The position numbers and the translations under genes are program-made. A stretch of 64,000 nt of DNA, taken from NCBI GenBank assembly GCA_041690135.1, contig JAWLHY010000001.1, positions 736,001-800,000 of the forward strand. The letters are read 5' to 3'. Of this stretch, positions 56,669 through 64,000 are shown in pieces. The stretch's first letter is position 1, and each line of letters begins with the position of its first letter. Below the pieces are notes generated by a model, which saw only the letters and a list, made by a program, of their open reading frames with translations, was not told the DNA's origin and searched no databases. This stretch comes from Armatimonadota bacterium (GTDB lineage Bacteria > Armatimonadota > SYMT01).

Positions 56669-57973
56669 TTAGCCGGCCTTCAGCTTCATCGACTTCGGAT
56701 CGAACGTGAGGCACTTGTTCTCGCGGTAGGCGCGCTCCGCCATCGCGATCGTCAACTGCACGCGAGCTCCCAGTTCCGCATCGCAGTTCGTGGCCTTGCG
56801 CGACCGGATGCAGTCGAAGAAGTTCTGGTGGTGCGGCTCGATCCGCTCCCCGCCGATGTTGATGGTCTCGGCGTCGATCTCGTCGGCGAACGGGCGCTCC
56901 GGCCGCAGCTCGAGGCGGTTGCCGCCCAGGAGGATGGAGCCCTTCTGGCCGCGGATCACGTCCTCGAGACCGTACTGGTTCTCCGTGCTACCGGCGAGGA
57001 TGACGGAGAACGGTCCCTTCGGCCCCATGAAGTCGACGTTCACGAACACCACGTCGGCCACGTCTCGGTCCTTGTGGGAGCGCGGGTTGTACTGGCCGCC
57101 GTTGGAGGTGACGCGGACCGGCCAGGCCAGGCCCAGCGACTTCATCAGCGGGTGGAAGCGGTGCGGGAACAGGTCGGAAACGATGCCCGTGCTGTAGTCC
57201 CAGTACTTGCGCCAGCGGAAGAAGCGCTCCGGATCGAAGGCCCGCTTCGGGGCGGGGCCAAGGAACGCCTGCCAGTCCAGGTTGGACGGGTTCGCTTCCT
57301 TCTCGACGCCGTAGTTCCACTCGCCGCCGGGGTTGTTGCGGCAGTAGCTGCCCTGGGCCCAGAGGATGGTACCGATCTTGCCCTGGTCGATGAGTTCACC
57401 GGCTTTAGCCCACTTCGGATCGGAGCAGCCCTGGGAGCCGACCTGGACGATCCGCTTGGTCTTCTTGGCCACTTCGAGGAACTTGAGGGCCTCGTCGGCG
57501 TAGCGGGTCATCGGCTTCTCGACGTAGATGTCCTTACCGGCTTCCATCGCCTCGATGCCCTGGATGGCGTGCCAGTGCTCGGGGGTGCTGATGAAGACCG
57601 CGTCGACATCCTTGTCTTCCAGCAACTTGCGGTAGTCCTTGTAGACCTTGTTGTCCGCGAACTGGTGCTTGGAGCGGCAGTTGTCGATGTAGCCCTGATA
57701 GATGTCGCAGAGGGCGACGTTCTCGATGTTGTACTCGACCTTCTTGCCGGCGAGCTGGGTCAGGTGGTAAAGACCGCGGCCCGTGGCGTGGCGACCTACC
57801 CCGATATAGCCGACGTTGATCCGGTCGTTGGCGCCGATCACGCGCCCAGGAGCCACGGCGAACGCCGCGCTCGGCTTCCATCCGGCAGCCGCGGCCGCGG
57901 CCGCGCTGGCGATGCTGGCCTGCTTCACAAACGTGCGGCGAGACACGCTCTGGCCGTTGTTGTTCTCTTCCAT
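56669..57973 (-). CDS. Tat-signal Gfo/Idh/MocA oxidoreductase
   Basis: SRRTFVK, GANDRINVGYIG, STPEHWH, YVEKPM, QVGSQ and WRKYWDY motifs. Confidence 0.92.
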   Translation of the reverse strand: MEENNNGQSVSRRTFVKQASIASAAAAAAAGWKPSAAFAVAPGRVIGANDRINVGYIGVGRHATGRGLYHLTQLAGKKVEYNIENVALCDIYQGYIDNCRSKHQFADNKVYKDYRKLLEDKDVDAVFISTPEHWHAIQGIEAMEAGKDIYVEKPMTRYADEALKFLEVAKKTKRIVQVGSQGCSDPKWAKAGELIDQGKIGTILWAQGSYCRNNPGGEWNYGVEKEANPSNLDWQAFLGPAPKRAFDPERFFRWRKYWDYSTGIVSDLFPHRFHPLMKSLGLAWPVRVTSNGGQYNPRSHKDRDVADVVFVNVDFMGPKGPFSVILAGSTENQYGLEDVIRGQKGSILLGGNRLELRPERPFADEIDAETINIGGERIEPHHQNFFDCIRSRKATNCDAELGARVQLTIAMAERAYRENKCLTFDPKSMKLKAG

Positions 57974-58004
57974 GGGACGTGCTTTCTCCTATTCGCGGGC
58001 TCGA

Positions 58005-59339
58005 TCAACCGAGACCGAACCACTCTTTCTGGAACGTGATCTTGGTGCCCTGCAGAACGGCTTCGTTCGCTTTGACGGCCGTCACCACTGCCTGGTACCC
58101 CTGCAGCGCGCCGCATTCGGGCTTCTTCTCGGGATCGCGGATGCTGTTCAGGAAGGCTTCGCACGAGAAGTAGAGGGCATTCTTTCCCGGGTCGGAGTTT
58201 TGTTTCTCCTTGCCGGGGATCTTCCCCTCCGCCAACTGCTTGGAGGCGTCGGCCACCAGGCAGATACCGGTCTCGGCGCCGTACTCTTCCTTCCGGGCGT
58301 ACACTTCCCACCCGAGGAGCGGCGCGTCGGCTTCTTTGAAAAGCCAGGCGCGCTCGTCACGGAGGACGACCGCGGAATCGGTCCCTCCGAAGACTTCATA
58401 CTGACCTTCGTAAGAGTTCGTCAGCGTCGCGGAATAATGGAAGCGCACGCCGCCGGGATACTCCAGGATGCACTGGACGGTGTCGGGGATGTTCCGGTTG
58501 TCCTTGTAGAGGAGCTGCGATCCGAAGCCCATCACGGAGACCGGTCGCGCCTTGAGGAACCAGTTGGCCACGTCGAGCGTGTGGATGCCCACTTCCCCGA
58601 GGAGACCGGCAGCCTTTTCGCGATCCAACCGCCAGTTGATCTCGCGCTCGCGCTCGTTGTTCGGCGCGGTGCGGTACCAACTGTCCTTCTTGTGCCACTG
58701 GCCGCGACCGTAAGTCATATTGCCCAGCACGGCCGACGCAATGAAGGCCTGCACGTGGTGGTGCTGGGGATTGGCCCGTGACTGCTGCCCTACCTGGAAC
58801 ACCTGTGCGGAGCCCTTGCCGGCGAGCGCGATGGCCTTGGCTTCTTCGATGGTGTGGGCCAGGGGCGCCTCGACATAGACGTGCTTTCCGGCCTGGATGG
58901 CGGCGAGCGTCACGTCCTTGTGCTGATGCGTGGGCGTGGCGATGAAGACCGCCTGCACGTCCTTGCGGTCCAGGAGGGCGCGGTAGTCCGTGAGGGGTTC
59001 CGCCTTCGGCGCGGCGGATTTGCTCCGGTTGAGGAACGGCTGGTAGGTATCGCAAATTGCCACCAGGTTCGCACCCGGCAGGCGCCCCAGTGCGGCCATG
59101 ATCGCACGGCCCTGCAGCCCCAGGCCGATCACGGCACAGTTGACCGTGGGAGGCGGCGGGTCTTTCGGCTTCGCCTCCGCGGTCGCTTTCGGCTTGGCCG
59201 GCGCAGCGGGCTTGGCGGGCGCCTTCGGCTTATTGGCCTGGGCGAGCGCTTCCGTCGCGCCGACCGTCAGCAGCGCACCGGCGCTGCCGGACAGAAAGCC
59301 TCTGCGGCTTACGACTTCTGCGTCTTTGGTCTTATCCAT
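58005..59339 (-). CDS. Tat-signal Gfo/Idh/MocA oxidoreductase
   Basis: SRRGFL, IGLGLQG, ATPTHQH, VYVEAPL (EKP changed to EAP) and GIHTLD motifs. Confidence 0.88.
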   Translation of the reverse strand: MDKTKDAEVVSRRGFLSGSAGALLTVGATEALAQANKPKAPAKPAAPAKPKATAEAKPKDPPPPTVNCAVIGLGLQGRAIMAALGRLPGANLVAICDTYQPFLNRSKSAAPKAEPLTDYRALLDRKDVQAVFIATPTHQHKDVTLAAIQAGKHVYVEAPLAHTIEEAKAIALAGKGSAQVFQVGQQSRANPQHHHVQAFIASAVLGNMTYGRGQWHKKDSWYRTAPNNEREREINWRLDREKAAGLLGEVGIHTLDVANWFLKARPVSVMGFGSQLLYKDNRNIPDTVQCILEYPGGVRFHYSATLTNSYEGQYEVFGGTDSAVVLRDERAWLFKEADAPLLGWEVYARKEEYGAETGICLVADASKQLAEGKIPGKEKQNSDPGKNALYFSCEAFLNSIRDPEKKPECGALQGYQAVVTAVKANEAVLQGTKITFQKEWFGLG

Positions 59340-59643
59340 CCGGTGGAGAACTCCTAAACAAACCACGCGTCGGGAGAAAATACGCCGGGGGTTCCAACCA
59401 ATATACTTTCGGCGCGAGCGGACGCGGTTCCTGCTGGAAAGGGAGACAGCAAACTTGCAGTACCCGCCTGAATGGCGAGTTACAGGTTGCCTTCAATTAT
59501 AGCGCGCGGAGCACCGCCCTGCATGCGGAGCATTTGCTGAGGATCACATGCGTGCCTGTGGGAGCAGGGGTTGTCGCCGTGAACTGCGAACCGTAATTCG
59601 GCAGGGGCCGCAGGCGGCTACCAGAAAGCGGAAGGGGCAGGCG

Positions 59644-60717
59644 ATGGAGCGAGGCAACCGGATCAATCGGCGGGAGTTACTGGCCGGAGGCGTGCTGGTC
59701 ACCACCGGTATCGTAGTGCAGAACGCAAAGGCGGATGCGTCCGCAAGCGGGCCGCGGCGGCCGACCTCCGGTATTCTGGTCTGGCTTGGAGGTGGGCCTT
59801 CCGCCCTGGACATGTGGGACCCGAAGCCGCTCGCCCCCTCGGAGGTTCGAGGCCCTTTCCAGGCCATTGACACCAAGGTCCCCGGGATACAGATCTCCGA
59901 GCACCTGCCTCGCTGCGCGTCGATTGCGGACAAGTTTTGTCTGGTGCGGTCTCTAACGCATGCGCGTGAGGACCATGAAGGGGCGTCTCACATAAACAGC
60001 ACCGGTTGGGATACCTGGCCCGCCCAATCCCGCGACTCGATCGGGAAAACCCTGGGGTATCTGCGGCAGGCTCCGGGCGCCCTTCCCTTCTACGTCCGCC
60101 TGCCGGCCGTTCCGGCGCAAACGCGTTTTGATGGCGAGCAACTCCCGATGCCGCACGCCCTGGGGAGGACCGGCACATTTTCCGTTGACGAGGGCAGGGG
60201 CGGAAGTGCGCGCTGTGATCAACTGGAGTCCCTACTGGTCTCCGCCCGCAAGCTGGTGGCAGGCGGAGTTCGTTTCGTTACCGTGGCCACTGAAGGTTGG
60301 GATAACCACACCGACCACTTCTCCCGATTGAAGCAGGATCTGCTCCCGAGCCTGGACCGGGCTCTCTACCGCCTGTTGACCGACCTGGATGATCGCGGAA
60401 TGCTGGAGACGACCCTGGTGGTAGTCACCGGCGAGTTCAGTCGCTCACCGCAAATCAATCGGGACGGGGGAAGGGATCACTGGAGCCCCGTCCAATCGGT
60501 CTTGCTTGCCGGTGGCGGCATCCCCGGCGGTACCGTCCTCGGCGCCTCGGATGAACACGGAGCCTTCCCGGCCGAGCGACCCATCGACCCGCAGGACCTT
60601 GCCGCGACGCTCTACCACCGGTTCGGAGTGTCTCCGGATGCGGAGTTCGTTTCGCCCGAGGGACTTCGCCTGCAGGTCCTTCCCGAGGGCGCCCAGCCGA
60701 TTCGCGAGCTTATTTGA
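59644..60717 (+). CDS. DUF1501 domain protein
   Basis: NRRELL, WLGGGPSALDMWDPKP, GWDNH, GEFSRSP and GRDHW motifs. Confidence 0.85.
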   Translation: MERGNRINRRELLAGGVLVTTGIVVQNAKADASASGPRRPTSGILVWLGGGPSALDMWDPKPLAPSEVRGPFQAIDTKVPGIQISEHLPRCASIADKFCLVRSLTHAREDHEGASHINSTGWDTWPAQSRDSIGKTLGYLRQAPGALPFYVRLPAVPAQTRFDGEQLPMPHALGRTGTFSVDEGRGGSARCDQLESLLVSARKLVAGGVRFVTVATEGWDNHTDHFSRLKQDLLPSLDRALYRLLTDLDDRGMLETTLVVVTGEFSRSPQINRDGGRDHWSPVQSVLLAGGGIPGGTVLGASDEHGAFPAERPIDPQDLAATLYHRFGVSPDAEFVSPEGLRLQVLPEGAQPIRELI

Positions 60718-60726
60718 TGGGGGTGA

Positions 60727-61215
60727 ATGATGGACACGCAGCAACTGATGCCGATCGAAGCCACGCTGGCGGGCCTTTTCGCCGATGGTGACACCCTGGT
60801 GGACACGCGGGAGCATGAGCGCCCCCACGTGAGCTGCCTCACCCGCGCCTTTGCTGCTCTGGTGGCGGGAGACTTCGAGGGATTCTCCCAGGAGTTGACC
60901 GATGACGTGGACGTCCAGCTCTTTCAGCCTCCGGATCTGCCCTCCCGGCGCACGGCCTCCGGAAGAGAAGAAGCGCGGGAGTTGGTGAAGCACAACTTCG
61001 GAGCGTTGACCGATCAGCAACCGGAGCTTCTGAGCCTTACAGCTCAGGGGGATAGCGTGATGCTGGTCGGCCGCGAGGCCGGTAAGGTGCGAGAAAGCGG
61101 CCAGCCGTACAACGTGCACTTCGTATACCACTTCCGTTTCCAGGAAGGCAAGATCCGGCAGATTCTTCAGTATACGACCCTTACGGATTGGGCCGCTCCC
61201 CAGCCGTCACCGTAG
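60727..61215 (+). CDS. SnoaL/NTF2-like protein
   Basis: AFAALVAGD, LTDDV, AQGDSV and FQEGKI motifs. Confidence 0.8.
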   Translation: MMDTQQLMPIEATLAGLFADGDTLVDTREHERPHVSCLTRAFAALVAGDFEGFSQELTDDVDVQLFQPPDLPSRRTASGREEARELVKHNFGALTDQQPELLSLTAQGDSVMLVGREAGKVRESGQPYNVHFVYHFRFQEGKIRQILQYTTLTDWAAPQPSP

Positions 61216-62139
61216 CGCGTCCAGTTGTTGCTGGGCCGCGTGCAGGACCCGCATCGCGGGCAGCACAGCCTCCGGGCTGACGGCAGGTTCCCGGCCTTCG
61301 CGGATGGCGGCCAGCCATTCCAGGTCCTGGTTGAGGATGCTCCGATCTGTCTCTTCCGGCTCGAATTCGATGCCGCCGGGGCCCCAGAGCTTGCCGTCGC
61401 GGAACTCAAGGCTCGTCTCTTCGCCGATCAGCAGGTAGTCGTGGCGGGGCCAGGGGTCGTTGTAGGACATCGCGATGTTGACCAGCACCTTCCCCACCTG
61501 GAACTGGAGGTCCAGGTCGAGGGGAATGCCCAACTCGGGATGTGGGGGGCCAAACTGGGCACGGACGGATTCCGCCGGTCCCCCGAGTAGCCACAGAGCA
61601 GCGTCCACCACGTGACAACCGTGGTGCCAGAGCAGGTTATCGGTCCAGGAGCGCCGGCGTCCCATCCAGTTGACGTTGGACCGCCGGAGGAAAAACCACC
61701 GGCAAACGAGATGGTGCGGATGCAGCGCCCGGGACCGTAGCAGCCGATGCAATTCCTGCAGCGCCGGGTGGTAGCGCTGCGTGTGCGCGACCTGCACCTT
61801 GAGACCCGTTTCGCGCGCCAATGCCGCCACGCGTTCGGTGTCCGGGAGGTTGGTGGAAAGGGGAATCTCCGCCAGCACGTGCTTGCCGGCCCGCAGCGCC
61901 GCTTCCGTCTGCGCGGCGTGCAAGTCACTGGGGGAAGTGATAATCACCCCGTCTACCGGTGACCGGAGTGCCTCGTCGAGATCGAGGGTGACGTGCTCGA
62001 ACCCCCATTCTTCCGCGAACTCGCGGGTGGAAGCGGGATCGCGCCCGACCACCCAGGAGAACTCGACCCCCTCGACTTGCTGAAGTGCCCGCGCGTGCGC
62101 CTGGGCGATGCTGCCGTACCCGACGAAACAGAGCTTCAT
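61207..62139 (-). CDS. Gfo/Idh/MocA oxidoreductase
   Basis: VGYGSIA, TSPSDLH, GKHVLAEIP and SWTDNLLWHHGCHVVD motifs. Confidence 0.88.
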   Translation of the reverse strand: MKLCFVGYGSIAQAHARALQQVEGVEFSWVVGRDPASTREFAEEWGFEHVTLDLDEALRSPVDGVIITSPSDLHAAQTEAALRAGKHVLAEIPLSTNLPDTERVAALARETGLKVQVAHTQRYHPALQELHRLLRSRALHPHHLVCRWFFLRRSNVNWMGRRRSWTDNLLWHHGCHVVDAALWLLGGPAESVRAQFGPPHPELGIPLDLDLQFQVGKVLVNIAMSYNDPWPRHDYLLIGEETSLEFRDGKLWGPGGIEFEPEETDRSILNQDLEWLAAIREGREPAVSPEAVLPAMRVLHAAQQQLDALR

Positions 62140-62294
62140 ACCCGATGATTACCTCGCAGGGATGTTGGTCCAGGGTGGACGGAACTCCTCTACGGAGCCT
62201 CCTCTCCATAGGACCAGGGGGAGAGGTGCTCGCCGGAAGACTTGGTGCGGAACGTGAGCTTACCCATGACTCCGATCTCCTCGTGGCCCGGAGT

Positions 62295-62365
62295 GGGAGT
62301 CCGGACGCCAGTCCGGGGTTCGGAATCGGTAGTCGCGATAAGATCCGGACTTCGTCCGGACTCCC
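62295..62365. repeat. Inverted pair of GGAGT-foot REP hairpins
   Basis: gggagtccggacgccagtccgg (62295-62316) and ccggacttcgtccggactccc (62345-62365); same hairpin type as the copy at 26966. Confidence 0.75.
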
Positions 62366-62842
62366 ATCCCGCACCCGGGGCGGACGGGTTCCAGAACGAC
62401 CGCCACGGAACGTGGCGCCATCCAGGCACCTCCGAACCCATTCTGGCCCGAGGTGGGCTGCGCTTATCCCGAGCCTTTACGCACGCACCCTTCTTCCGAT
62501 GCGGGCGAGGGGCGGGCGAGCCGCCCGCCCCACTTACCCCTGACCCCTCACCTCTCACCACCCTAGTGCGTGGCGCCGAGCGAGGCGGGGAAGACACACG
62601 GCCCCGCAGTTAGCCGGCTCCAGTTTCTTGGGTGGCTACGGTCTTGCACGCACTCATCTCCTGCAGGACAGGGCAACCAGAGCCGATGCCCCTACGGATC
62701 CATTCACCCTGACACGTACGGATCGGTTCTCCCAAACGGGTGCTGATTGTAGAGTCTACGCCCACGCCCCCTACTCACTCCTCAAATCTCGCCCTTTACA
62801 CCTCACACCTCTCACCTCAATCCTTCGTCCCTCGCCAGGCCA

Positions 62843-63982
62843 TCACTTGCTGCTGCGGGTGGGGCGCAGGCCGCCGGGTTCGGAAGCCATGGCGGTATTG
62901 AGCTGGATGTCTCCCAGGGTCAACTCCAGCGTGCGCTCTTGCCCATCGCGAATGACGCGGGCCTTCACCACTTCTCCGGGCCGGTGCTCGCTGATGAAGG
63001 TAAAGAGGTCGTCCGCGGTACGGATCGGTAGGTTGCCCAGTTGCCGGACGATGTCCGCCGGGAGCAGCCCGGCTTCCGCGGCCGGGCTGTTGGGGAACAC
63101 GTCCTGGACCAGCACCCCAGCCGTCCCCCGGAGGCGGTGCGTAAAGGGGGCGGTGACCGGTGTGTGGTACTTGATGCCCAGCCAGGGTCGCGGCACCCTT
63201 CCGGTGTGCATCAGGCTGTCCACCACGGGCTGCATGCGGTGCGCGGGGATGGCGAAGCCGATGCCGATGCTGCCGCTGGAGCCGCGTGCGGCCATGATCG
63301 CGGCGTTGATGCCGATGAGGCGTCCGTCTGAGGAGAAGAGACCCCCACCGGAGTTCCCCTGGTTGATGGCCGCATCCGTCTGGATCATGTCGCCCAGGGT
63401 TTGGCCGCCGACACGGATGGGGCCGCGGCGATTGGCGCTGATCACGCCTACGCTGACGCTGTTCTCAAACCCGAGCGGATTGCCGATGGCGATCACCGGC
63501 ATTCCGGGTCGCAAGTTCTGGGAGTCGCCGATCTGGGCCGGGGTATAACCCTTACCCTTCAGGTCCAGCAAGGCCAGGTCCGAATGGGGGTCCGAACCGA
63601 CCAGCTTGGCCTCCACCTCGCGTCCGTCCGCCAGCCGGGCCACGAGGCGCCCCGCCCCTTCCACCACGTGATGATTGGTCACCACGTGGCCGTCTTCCGT
63701 GAGGATCACTCCGGAAGCCACCGCCAGCGGCTCTTCCGGCTCGGCATGCGGCCGCGACCAGGAGAAGAGCTGGCGCCAGTCGGCCTCCCGGGTCGGCTTT
63801 GTATAGGCCTCCAGGTTGACGACGGACTCGCCCACGGAGGCGACGACCGAGGATGGATCCAGCATCCGCAAAGATGCCGGTGAAGTGGCCGCGACCGGCT
63901 CCGGATACAGCAGGCGAACGGTTAACCCGCAGCATCCGAAGCCCACGGCAAATGCCAGGACGGTGCTCTGAAACGCGCGCAT
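62843..63982 (-). CDS. HtrA/DegP-like serine protease with one PDZ domain
   Basis: TNHHVV, SDLALL, IGNPLG, IQTDAAINQGNSGG and PWLGI motifs. Confidence 0.95.
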   Translation of the reverse strand: MRAFQSTVLAFAVGFGCCGLTVRLLYPEPVAATSPASLRMLDPSSVVASVGESVVNLEAYTKPTREADWRQLFSWSRPHAEPEEPLAVASGVILTEDGHVVTNHHVVEGAGRLVARLADGREVEAKLVGSDPHSDLALLDLKGKGYTPAQIGDSQNLRPGMPVIAIGNPLGFENSVSVGVISANRRGPIRVGGQTLGDMIQTDAAINQGNSGGGLFSSDGRLIGINAAIMAARGSSGSIGIGFAIPAHRMQPVVDSLMHTGRVPRPWLGIKYHTPVTAPFTHRLRGTAGVLVQDVFPNSPAAEAGLLPADIVRQLGNLPIRTADDLFTFISEHRPGEVVKARVIRDGQERTLELTLGDIQLNTAMASEPGGLRPTRSSK

Positions 63983-64000
63983 CGCTTTTTTTGCTCCCTA

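Overview
High-GC bacterial chromosomal window. Gene content (Tat-signal Gfo/Idh/MocA proteins, DUF1501, PmoA-like proteins) would fit an Armatimonadota- or Planctomycetota-like organism, but that is inference only. Housekeeping genes include aroE, lysA, a CBS/DHH tRNA nucleotidyltransferase, pnp, rpsO, pabB, pabC and an HtrA protease. Accessory features: (1) a REP-associated HUH tyrosine transposase (RAYT, 13149-13709) inside a tandem array of ~262-273 bp units, each carrying a ~150 nt REPIN-like hairpin, with related GGAGT-foot REP hairpins elsewhere; (2) an unusual sigma-factor-like gene, a zinc-finger membrane anti-sigma, a probably exported TPR-CHAT (caspase-like) protease and a pseudo-receiver regulator (24216-31787); (3) an orphan DNA methyltransferase coupled between pabB and pabC; (4) a six-gene glycan-modification cluster followed by a DUF3494-like FN3 surface protein; (5) a 164 bp MITE with perfect 15 bp TIRs and a TTA duplication; (6) a structured rpsO leader and a candidate ~235 nt ncRNA downstream of pnp. 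No rRNA, tRNA or CRISPR array was seen. All family calls come from motif recognition by eye, not database searches, and several start codons were moved downstream of those in the ORF track.
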